Origin: Singulisphaera sp. GP187
GTDB taxonomy: Bacteria; Planctomycetota; Phycisphaerae; Phycisphaerales; SM1A02
Direction of reading: 5' to 3'
Length of the DNA: 64,000 nt
NCBI GenBank assembly: GCA_945868805.1
Contig: CAMBMO010000004.1
Span: 70,868-134,867, forward strand
Below the pieces are notes generated by a model. It saw only the letters and a program-made list of their open reading frames with translations, was not told where the DNA came from and searched no databases. The position numbers were made by a program, and so were the translations under genes. Below are positions 27,122 through 35,241 of the stretch, piece by piece (within the stretch, counting starts at the first letter, position 1; the number at the start of each line of letters is the position of its first letter).

Positions 27122-28145
27122 TCGATGTCTGCTCGCGAGATTTGCGGGTCAAATCCCACGCGGACTCGAGGACAGCCCGAACACCTTCACCACTTGCGCC
27201 ACTGGCGAGGAGGGGAATCGTTCCGCGCTCACGCTTGAAGCGATCGCAGAGGTCTTGAAGAACAACAGCGCGATCCAACTCGGGAATGAGGTCGATCTTG
27301 TTGAGCACGACGACTTCTTGAGTGCGAGCCAACTGCTCGCTGAATTCTGCGAGTTCGCGACGGATCGTTCGATGGTTCTCGAGCGGATCACTGCCATCGG
27401 GAGGAGCCACATCTAGGACGTGAATGATGACCCGTGTCCGTTCGATATGGCGAAGGAAATCGTGCCCCAAACCGACTCCTTGCGAAGCTCCTTCGATCAG
27501 TCCTGGAAGATCAGCGAGCACGAGCCTGCGTTCGTCCGAGAGTTCGGCGATCCCGAGTTGCGGAGCCAAGGTGGTGAATGGATAGTCGGCAATCTTGGGC
27601 TGAGCGCGTGTGGTCGCTCGAAGAAATGTGCTCTTCCCCGCATTGGGGAGTCCGACGAATCCGACATCGGCGATCAGCCGGAGTTCAATTCGCAACCTAC
27701 GTTCAATCGACTTTCCGCCTGGTGTGAACTCGGTCGGCGTCTGATGGACCGGCGTCTTGAATCGATCGTTGCCGATCCCACCCGTCCCTCCACGCGCGAT
27801 GATCGCGGTCTGTTCTGGAGCTGTGACATCTAAGAGCAACTCGTCCGTCTCTGCATCAAAAAGCTGCGACCCAAGCGGGACGCCCAAGATGAGATCCTCC
27901 CCAGCTCTCCCCGCGCACTTCTTTCTGGCTCCCGCGTCTCCATCCTGCGCGAACCAGTGCGGCCGAAATCCAAAGGCCGCAAGCGTGTCCATGTGCGGAT
28001 CCGCGACAACGACGATGTCTCCACCCTTTCCGCCGTCGCCTCCGTCAGGACCGCCCTTGGCGTTGCCCTTCAGCCGGAGGAGGTGCATGCACCCATCGCC
28101 ACCCTTCCCCGACCGAATCAAAATGAGTGCGGTATCAATGAACAT
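27093..28145 (-). CDS. obg: GTPase Obg/CgtA
   Basis: MFIDTALILIRSGKGGDGC, the Gly-rich Obg fold and GFVGLPNAGKSTFL G1 motif are present. The gene lies downstream of rpmA, as in many bacteria. Confidence 0.95.
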   Translation of the reverse strand: MFIDTALILIRSGKGGDGCMHLLRLKGNAKGGPDGGDGGKGGDIVVVADPHMDTLAAFGFRPHWFAQDGDAGARKKCAGRAGEDLILGVPLGSQLFDAETDELLLDVTAPEQTAIIARGGTGGIGNDRFKTPVHQTPTEFTPGGKSIERRLRIELRLIADVGFVGLPNAGKSTFLRATTRAQPKIADYPFTTLAPQLGIAELSDERRLVLADLPGLIEGASQGVGLGHDFLRHIERTRVIIHVLDVAPPDGSDPLENHRTIRRELAEFSEQLARTQEVVVLNKIDLIPELDRAVVLQDLCDRFKRERGTIPLLASGASGEGVRAVLESAWDLTRKSREQTSTIPRQTSDR

Positions 28146-28147
28146 GC

Positions 28148-28189
28148 TTGCGGAATGGAGATTGCGGAATGGAGATTTCGGAAATCGAG
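28148..28189. repeat. 14-bp tandem repeat (TTGCGGAATGGAGA x2 plus one degenerate copy)
   Basis: Two perfect copies lie at 28148-28161 and 28162-28175, with a degenerate third at 28176-28189. The array begins 2 nt upstream of the obg start codon (28145-28143, minus strand). Confidence 0.9.
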
Positions 28190-28298
28190 TTTGGAAGCAA
28201 CCTAGGTCTCTGCGAGCTTAATTTATGAAAGCGTGCGTTTGTCAAGAGTCCTCCGATTCTGGAGGGCACTCGATAGAGCTGTGAACGCAAAAAGCCTA

Positions 28299-28571
28299 TC
28301 AGCGGTCGATCGCCATACGCGGCGTGCTCGGATCCATCGGGATGATGTCGACTGATCGACCCCTGAAGCGAACGGTTCCATCGACGAGCGCCGTCAGCGT
28401 GTAATCCCGCCCCTGATGAACGAGATATCCAGCTCTCCACTTCGTCCCGCACTGACTGACGAGGACTGACCCCGCTTGCGCGAGTTGCCCTCCGAAAAGC
28501 TTGATGCCACGGTACTGCGCGTTTGAGTCGCGACCGTTTTGGGTTGAACCTTGTCCTTTTTTGTGCGCCAT
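28299..28571 (-). CDS. rpmA: 50S ribosomal protein L27
   Basis: [29 protein letters not shown] is the canonical L27 N-terminus. The ORF extends to 28643, but the Met at 28571 matches that N-terminus. Confidence 0.95.
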   Translation of the reverse strand: MAHKKGQGSTQNGRDSNAQYRGIKLFGGQLAQAGSVLVSQCGTKWRAGYLVHQGRDYTLTALVDGTVRFRGRSVDIIPMDPSTPRMAIDR

Positions 28572-28664
28572 GGTGGATGCTCCGCAGGTGAACCGATCGA
28601 GCTCCAAATGATAGAGCGGATTGTCGCATCGAGCAACCCCCATCCTCAGCCCGAATCTCGGGAT

Positions 28665-29360
28665 TCAGCGAAGGATCCACTCGGTCTGCTCGCACGGCAC
28701 AGGTGTCGAGCCCCGCGCCATGGCGTCCCCTGCGATTCGAAAATCCATCTTCATCGTCTTATGCATTGTGATGTCAATGCCACCCTTGCTGGGATTTGGG
28801 ACTTTCTTGATCTCGCTCGACATCCCGCGAATGAAGAGATTCAACTCCGTTGACATCGCTCCAAGTGCATTCCAAACCACGAACCCTTCCTTCGCATTCG
28901 GATCCCCTTGACGGATTTCACCAAGAATCTGATATTGATCCTGAATCAGCTGATTGCCAATCAACGCCTCAATTCGCTTCATGGTGATCGGAGAAATGTC
29001 CTTGCCAGATCTCCGAATGCGACCTTGATCGTCCATCAGCTCGAATCGTGGCGCCCACCAACGGTCCTGACCTGTCCGGTTCACAACCTTGTAGGTGAAA
29101 TACCAATAATCGACCCCTGTTTCTGGATCTATGTAGAGCCGAAAATCTCCCGGGGCGAAATGGAGTTGCCAATTCCCCTCGCTCGCTTCCGGTGGCAGGG
29201 TCAGCGCAGGATCCGTAGGCGATGGTTCAGCGGGTTGTGGTTTGGCGGGTACCGGCACTTTCGGCGTCGACTCTGATTGAAAGCTCTTCGCGTTCACGCT
29301 GAGGAGAACGAAGGCAATCAAAGTGACGAAAGCGATGAATCTCACTGTGAATGGGTGCAT
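28665..29360 (-). CDS. Hypothetical exported protein
   Basis: It has a signal or anchor helix (FIAFVTLIAFVLLSV), a Pro-rich linker and then a globular region. I do not recognise any family. Confidence 0.5.
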   Translation of the reverse strand: MHPFTVRFIAFVTLIAFVLLSVNAKSFQSESTPKVPVPAKPQPAEPSPTDPALTLPPEASEGNWQLHFAPGDFRLYIDPETGVDYWYFTYKVVNRTGQDRWWAPRFELMDDQGRIRRSGKDISPITMKRIEALIGNQLIQDQYQILGEIRQGDPNAKEGFVVWNALGAMSTELNLFIRGMSSEIKKVPNPSKGGIDITMHKTMKMDFRIAGDAMARGSTPVPCEQTEWILR

Positions 29361-29403
29361 CCACTAAAGTGTAGCGCAGATTTTCGGTGCTACGCTTCGG
29401 CGG

Positions 29404-30396
29404 ATGGACTCGTCGCCGAGCGAACCCTACGAGATTTTCTCCCCCACCGACGATCGGAGATTCCAGGCGATCTCGACTGTCTTTGGGGGATCGCACCAAC
29501 GAACTGCACGCTACACCCAACGAAGTGCGGATTCGGGCGGTGAACTCATCTTTGCGATTTGTGGCGAGAACGGATCGATCTCCAACGCAGTCCTCCTGAG
29601 TCGCTCACCTGGGCGAACTGCGATGCTTTTCGTCACCCAACCGCATTCGAAGGAAGATCAGGAGCGTGGAGTCGCATTGATTCAGCATGCGATTTCGCGG
29701 GCAGCTCGGATCAATGCAGTCTTGATACAGGCACTCATCGAACCGCTCCGTGACGACGAACTTGCGATGTTTTCGAGGGGCGGGATGAATCCGATTGGAA
29801 CCCTCGCGTACATGGAGCTGACACGGGTCCAACCGTCGAGTTCTGATCGCGAAAGAGCCCCATTGGGAGCCACGATTCGATCGTGGGATTCGAGCAAACG
29901 CGACGAGTTGGAGGCGCTCCTGGAATCGACCTACATCGACTCACTTGATTGTCCCGGCCTGTCGAAGCTCCGCCAGACCTCTGACATATTGGACGGTCAC
30001 ATCCATACTGGAATCGTCGACCCAGACACTTGGCTCATACTTGAATTGAACGGCGTCCCGTGTGGAGTGTCGCTGATCAGCGAGATCCCAGCATCAAAGT
30101 GCCTCGAATTGGTCTACTTCGGACTTTCTCCTCAGGCTCGTGGCCAACGCCTAGGAGCTCATCTCCTTGATTACGCACTGCGCGTTGTTCAAAACCGAAA
30201 TCGACCAATCGCGCTCGCCTGCGATGAACGGAATCAACCCGCTCTTCGACTCTATCAATCGCGAGGATTCTCCATCCGACTTCGACGAGTCGCGCTTGTC
30301 GCGCCAGCGCAACCCCTGCGAGATTGCACGCACACACCGACCTCAGCTGAGCGCCCTCCGCTTCCCACGACTTATCCACGCCCCGTGGACAAGTGA
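29404..30396 (+). CDS. GNAT-family N-acetyltransferase
   Basis: The C-terminal half has the acetyl-CoA motif region LELVYFGLSPQARGQRLGAHLLDYAL...LRLYQSRGF. Confidence 0.7.
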   Translation: MDSSPSEPYEIFSPTDDRRFQAISTVFGGSHQRTARYTQRSADSGGELIFAICGENGSISNAVLLSRSPGRTAMLFVTQPHSKEDQERGVALIQHAISRAARINAVLIQALIEPLRDDELAMFSRGGMNPIGTLAYMELTRVQPSSSDRERAPLGATIRSWDSSKRDELEALLESTYIDSLDCPGLSKLRQTSDILDGHIHTGIVDPDTWLILELNGVPCGVSLISEIPASKCLELVYFGLSPQARGQRLGAHLLDYALRVVQNRNRPIALACDERNQPALRLYQSRGFSIRLRRVALVAPAQPLRDCTHTPTSAERPPLPTTYPRPVDK

Positions 30397-30671
30397 TCGC
30401 GTGAAGATTCGAGTAATAATATCTGCACCGCTATCGCTCGCTCAGCACGAGCTTTAGGATCCACAGGTCGAGAACTTCGCTACAGACATGATCTGGTGGT
30501 GAGAAACATCGGTACATTTCTTAGACCGCACCTCATGGAAGATCGTGCGATTCGTCCGACGCGATGCCCGCCTCTTTCGAGGTGCGAGCATCGCGACGAG
30601 CGTTGGCGTGGACGGACCCGTTACAACAATCTTGGGTGAATTGGCAGAACTGGGCGATACTCGTGTCCACA
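30372..30671. promoter_or_regulatory. Cluster of DnaA-box-like 9-mers upstream of dnaA (dnaA autoregulation or candidate oriC)
   Basis: TTATCCACG lies at 30372-30380. CGTGGACAA at 30384-30392 (reverse complement TTGTCCACG) forms an inverted pair with it. GGATCCACA lies at 30457-30465 and GTGTCCACA at 30663-30671. A short AT-rich stretch, AGTAATAATATCT, lies around 30412-30424. Confidence 0.35.
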
Positions 30672-30695
30672 GGTGTTCTGCCGACTGGAGGTTTC

Positions 30696-32210
30696 ATGAA
30701 CCGCTGCTCGTCGATTGTCGATTCCCCCGTCGAAACACATCCGGAATCCCTCGCGAATGCACCTGCGAATGACCCAAACAAGGGGACAGGGATCGTGATC
30801 GATGCCCTCCGAAAGGAATTGAGGCAGCGACTCGGCAATCGAAAATACGAATTGTGGTTTCAGGACAATGCCCGACTCGACCTCAACGGTGAGAACGTTT
30901 GTGTGAGCGCTGAGAACCAGTTCACTGCGGATTGGATCGAGCGACACTTCAGGTCACAGCTTGAAGAAGCTGGGCGGGCGCTGATAGGCGCGACAGCGCG
31001 CGTCTCAGTGGAGGTTCGATCCGCTCAGGCGACGGCGGCAACCAATGCGGTTGCGACGAACCTGCAGCGGCCAACGACGATGACCGCTCCGACGACTCCC
31101 GAGCCGATGACTCGCAAACACAGGGATTCGCCACCACCTCGACGAGAGGAGTCCGGATCAGGGTGGCGACGATTTGAAGACTTTCTTGTCGCTCCACCAA
31201 ATCGGCTGGCGTTCGAAAGCGCACGGCAAGTCGCCGAAGTCGCGGGCGATCCACTTCGACTCCTGTTTCTCCATGGCTCATGCGGTGTCGGCAAGACCCA
31301 TCTGCTTCAATCGATCTGCCGTCGATTTCTGGAACGACAACCGAATGCAAAGGTGCGCTACGCGACTGGCGAGCAATTCACGAACGAATTCATCGCGGCG
31401 ATCCGCGAGGGGAATATTGAGCGATTTCGTCGAGAGACGAGACGGCTCGATTTGCTCGTCATCGACGACGTGCACTTCTTGGGCAACAAGACTGCCACGC
31501 AATCCGAGTGCCTTCACACGATCGATGCAATCGGATTTCATGGATCACGGATCGTGCTGGCGTCCGATGCGCATCCGAGGCAGATCGCAAAGTTCAGCGC
31601 GGCATTGGTGAGCCGTTTCCTCTCTGGGATGGTCGTCAAGGTCGACGACCCAGATCGCGCAACGCGATGCGCACTCGCGGAGCAGTTCGCACGACGACGG
31701 GGACTTGCGCTCCCTCCCGCTGCAATCGAGACGCTGGTCGATCGCGCAGGGACGAGTGTGCGCGAAATCGAGGGTGCGGTGATGACCATTGCGGCGGTTC
31801 ATTCACTTGGAGGGGTTGAAGTTGGGAGCGGGCAGATTCTGATCGAGCGTGCGCTCGGTCGGGTTGCGACATCGCATGCAGGTCGTTCCGTCAGGGTTGG
31901 GGAGATCCTTCAGGCTGTGTGCACAACTACCGGCGTCGAGCGCGACGACCTCGTGGGCGCCGGTCGCCACCGACGAGTGGTCACTGCGCGGGGGCTGGCG
32001 GCTCATCTCGCCCGTGAAATGACAACCCTATCGTTTCCAGAGATCGCGTCTGCTCTCGGTCGGTCGAGTCACTCGACCATTCACGCCGCTGCCGCACGAT
32101 TTCGAGAGCTGGTCGCCCGGTCAGAGTTGCTCGCGACGCGCAACGACCACGTGACCGCCGCCGACTTGATCGAGCGGACCCGACGCGAGGTCTTGCGCGT
32201 GCGCTCCTAG
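30696..32210 (+). CDS. dnaA: Chromosomal replication initiator protein DnaA
   Basis: LFLHGSCGVGKTHLLQSI (Walker A), LLVIDDVHFL, the SRFLSGMVVKVDDPD sensor region and the C-terminal DNA-binding helix region (SFPEIASALGRSSHSTIHAA) are present. The ORF starts at 30564; I prefer the Met at 30696. Confidence 0.95.
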   Translation: MNRCSSIVDSPVETHPESLANAPANDPNKGTGIVIDALRKELRQRLGNRKYELWFQDNARLDLNGENVCVSAENQFTADWIERHFRSQLEEAGRALIGATARVSVEVRSAQATAATNAVATNLQRPTTMTAPTTPEPMTRKHRDSPPPRREESGSGWRRFEDFLVAPPNRLAFESARQVAEVAGDPLRLLFLHGSCGVGKTHLLQSICRRFLERQPNAKVRYATGEQFTNEFIAAIREGNIERFRRETRRLDLLVIDDVHFLGNKTATQSECLHTIDAIGFHGSRIVLASDAHPRQIAKFSAALVSRFLSGMVVKVDDPDRATRCALAEQFARRRGLALPPAAIETLVDRAGTSVREIEGAVMTIAAVHSLGGVEVGSGQILIERALGRVATSHAGRSVRVGEILQAVCTTTGVERDDLVGAGRHRRVVTARGLAAHLAREMTTLSFPEIASALGRSSHSTIHAAAARFRELVARSELLATRNDHVTAADLIERTRREVLRVRS

Positions 32211-32246
32211 CCGGATTCCTCTCTCGATCTCGTTACACTTCGGGAT

Positions 32247-33797
32247 GTGTCGCGCGATTCTTCAACGACGATTCGGATCTCCCCATTGAACTCCTCGACG
32301 ATTCGTTATTGCGTCATCGTCGCGGTGATGTTCGCGACGACGATTGTCGGCGGAAGCAGCGCATTCAGCCAGTACAACCGAACGGATCACTTCGATGGCG
32401 CTGTCTCCACCTTGCGCCGATGCGCATCGCCATCGAGCGCTGGCGAACACCACGCACTCATCGTCTCACTTCGATCGCTCAGAGATCCGACACTTCGACC
32501 CTTCTTCGAATCGTTGACTCGATCGAGCCACTGGAGTTCGCGGGTCGACGGGATCCTTGGCCTCGCAGAACTCTCGACTCCAAACGACATCGATGCCAAA
32601 TTGGTACTCGCACTTCCCGCCATCGAAGATCGTTCGACGGCGATTCGAAATGCGGTCGGACTCCGGTTGCTACAACCCGCAACGATTCTGGAGCTTCTCA
32701 AGTCAGCGGATCTACCGAGGCTCGACCGAGTTGTGCTCAACGCGGAGTTGCATCGACAGGGGATGAAAATGGAGGGATCTGGTCTTGAGGATGCGGCGGC
32801 TGATCCTTCCGACGAAATCGCGGGACTCGCAACCGCCCTGCTCATGGAATCTGGCAACACTGTGCAATGGGATCGCTTCGCTGAGCGACTCAAGACTCGC
32901 TCGCCCGAAGTCGCAAACGCGGCCATGCAGGAATTGGGACGCGCCGTTCTGCTCTACTCGGTCCGAGCTCCAATTGCACGAATCGCCGAGACGACTGGTG
33001 GCGACACGTATGCGCTTCCGACACGCATGATCGTGACTGGCTCGGCGCTCGCGCTCGACCCCGCGCTCGGGCAACGGGAGTGGCGAAAGCTCGTCGAGAA
33101 AGAGCGCGGTCAAGCGGCGCTCGTTCGCGCTGGCCTTCAGTTGATGTCCCAAATCAGTGGCGTCGAACCAGGTAATGGATCGGTGTTGCGAAATGGCGAA
33201 CCACTCGTCGAGGCGATCGCCGATGCCATCGACGCCAATGCTTCGGGCGACCCGGTCGCTCTGGCAACGGCACTGGAAGTCGTGATCGACCGAGCGAATC
33301 GACCCAGCGCGGAATGGGCAGTCAAGCGCGCGGCAGGATTGCCCCCGCTCCTCGCGGCGAGGGTTTGGCGTCATTTGCTCACTTATTTTCTGACCGCTCC
33401 GTTTAACACACCAGCACTCTCGGGTTCGGTGCTTGACTGCGCAACTCGACTCGCCATGGTGGATGCGGGCGCGATCGAAACCATGATCAAGAGCGCGGCC
33501 GATGAGCGTCAAGTCCAAGAGATTTTCATTCTCGCGCTCTGCAACGCATCGACCCCCGAAGCGGCAGATGTCGCCGCTCGAATGCGTGGGTCACTCTCGC
33601 GACGCGGAGATGCCCTCGCGATCCTCGCCGTCGCGCGCGGACGCCCGACACTCGAACCGGAACTCCTGACCGATCTTGGGATTGCGGCCGCCGGAGGAGG
33701 AGACCTCGACCCGACGCTTCTCGTGCAAGCAGCCTGGTTATTCGCGCGACACAGCGGACGTGGCGAACAAGCCCTCTCGCAGATTGGCGTGAAATGA
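32247..33797 (+). CDS. Hypothetical exported helical-repeat (HEAT-like) protein
   Basis: An N-terminal hydrophobic segment (YCVIVAVMFATTIVGGSSAF) is followed by Ala/Leu-rich helical repeats. No catalytic motif is recognised. Confidence 0.5.
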   Translation: MSRDSSTTIRISPLNSSTIRYCVIVAVMFATTIVGGSSAFSQYNRTDHFDGAVSTLRRCASPSSAGEHHALIVSLRSLRDPTLRPFFESLTRSSHWSSRVDGILGLAELSTPNDIDAKLVLALPAIEDRSTAIRNAVGLRLLQPATILELLKSADLPRLDRVVLNAELHRQGMKMEGSGLEDAAADPSDEIAGLATALLMESGNTVQWDRFAERLKTRSPEVANAAMQELGRAVLLYSVRAPIARIAETTGGDTYALPTRMIVTGSALALDPALGQREWRKLVEKERGQAALVRAGLQLMSQISGVEPGNGSVLRNGEPLVEAIADAIDANASGDPVALATALEVVIDRANRPSAEWAVKRAAGLPPLLAARVWRHLLTYFLTAPFNTPALSGSVLDCATRLAMVDAGAIETMIKSAADERQVQEIFILALCNASTPEAADVAARMRGSLSRRGDALAILAVARGRPTLEPELLTDLGIAAAGGGDLDPTLLVQAAWLFARHSGRGEQALSQIGVK

Positions 33798-34963
33798 GAT
33801 CTGAGATTCCGCTGAGTAAGCCCGACCTGACCGATGCCGACCGCGAGGCGGTCGTCGCGACACTGCGCGGCAATAGATTGACGATGGGGAGTGCTCTGCT
33901 CGAATTCGAGTCACACTTGGCGACGGTGGTACGCCGACCATTCGCCATCGGGGTTTCGAGCGCCGGAACTGGTTTGGAAATCTGTCTCCGCGCGCTTGGG
34001 ATTGGCGTGGGCGACGATGTGCTCGTTCCATCGCTTTCGTTTTCGGCGAACGTCAATTCGATCATCGCCGTGGGAGCGAAGCCAATCTTCGTCGACTGCG
34101 ATCCACGCACGCTCAACATGAGTGTCGCGAATGCAGAAGCGCGAATGACCCCACGGACTCGTGCGGTCATCGGCGTTCCTGTCCTTGGCAATCCAGCGGG
34201 ATTACCCGAGCTGATCGCGTTTTGTTCACGTTTCGAGATTCCGATGATCGAACATGCATCGGAGGGACTCGGATCGACAATCGGTAGCGACAATGTGGGG
34301 AAGTTTGGAAGACTCAGCGTCTTTGGATTCGGTCCCAATCGACCAATCGCCGCTGGCGAGGGCGGCGCGATCGTTACCCATGATGATCGACTCGCAGCGA
34401 TCTGCCGAGCGCTCCGAAACCAAGGGCGGATCGATCGACAGAGTTTTCCGAATCAGTCACAGGATCTGGGAATGATCATGGAATTCTCTGGCATGGGATA
34501 TGACGCGCGACTTGCCGAACCGCTCGCCGCGCTCGCATCGAGCCAACTTCGTCGCCTCGACGAGATTCGCGTTCGCCGAATGGAAGTGGCCGCGGCGTAT
34601 ACGAGGGCGCTCGGTGGACATCCCGACCTCATCCTCCCCAATGTCCTTGAGAACTCCCAAATCTGTTGGCCGCTTTTCTGGGTGAGACTCTCTGATCGAT
34701 TCGGTCTCACCGACCGGAATGCCCTCATCGACGGATTGCACCGTCACGACATCGGCGCAGCAAATCACTACCCGCCTTCGCACTTGCTCGCGCATGTCCA
34801 GCGTCTCTTTGGGACCAAGGTTGGCGACTGCCCTGCAGCCGAGTCCATCGGCGACAGGATGGTGACGCTTCCGATGTTCACCTCGATGACAGCGAACGAT
34901 GTTTCCCAAGTCTGCCAAGCGCTTGACATTGTCATCTCCCGAACAGGAATCACACGGAGTTGA
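33794..34963 (+). CDS. DegT/DnrJ/EryC1/StrS aminotransferase-family protein (atypical active site)
   Basis: IPLSKPDLTDADREAV, GVSSAGTGLEICLRALG, DDVLVPSLSF and GEGGAIVT match the family. It overlaps the upstream gene by 4 nt (ATGA). Confidence 0.85.
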   Translation: MRSEIPLSKPDLTDADREAVVATLRGNRLTMGSALLEFESHLATVVRRPFAIGVSSAGTGLEICLRALGIGVGDDVLVPSLSFSANVNSIIAVGAKPIFVDCDPRTLNMSVANAEARMTPRTRAVIGVPVLGNPAGLPELIAFCSRFEIPMIEHASEGLGSTIGSDNVGKFGRLSVFGFGPNRPIAAGEGGAIVTHDDRLAAICRALRNQGRIDRQSFPNQSQDLGMIMEFSGMGYDARLAEPLAALASSQLRRLDEIRVRRMEVAAAYTRALGGHPDLILPNVLENSQICWPLFWVRLSDRFGLTDRNALIDGLHRHDIGAANHYPPSHLLAHVQRLFGTKVGDCPAAESIGDRMVTLPMFTSMTANDVSQVCQALDIVISRTGITRS

Positions 34964-35026
34964 TCGCCCGAGCAAGCGCTCGAATCTGCCCTACATCTGC
35001 CTTAGATATGGGGCGATTGCGAGAAA

Positions 35027-35098
35027 AGCCACCCATGGGACTCGAACCCACGACCTATGCTTTACGAAAGCATTGCTCTACCACTGAGCTAGGGTGGC
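35027..35098 (-). tRNA. tRNA-Thr (anticodon CGU)
   Basis: The reverse complement GCCACCCTAGCTCAGTGGTAGAGCAATGCTTTCGTAAAGCATAGGTCGTGGGTTCGAGTCCCATGGGTGGCT folds as a cloverleaf. The anticodon loop is TTCGTAA and no CCA is encoded. Confidence 0.9.
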
Positions 35099-35241
35099 GA
35101 TGACTTGAACAATCCGACTGACTGGGATCGACTCCAAAGCCGATCGTCATCGCGATGAAAAAGCAATTGCCATTTCGGACGCTCAACCAACGAGAAGTGT
35201 AACGAAATCCGCTGGGTCTGATCGAGCGACGCCGTCAACCG

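Noticed and set aside
28572-28643. Possible N-terminal extension of L27 (Prp-cleaved pro-sequence as in Firmicutes)
   Set aside because: The extension ([23 protein letters not shown]) does not resemble the conserved FFA|SKKG cleavage context. MAHKKG is already a canonical mature N-terminus.
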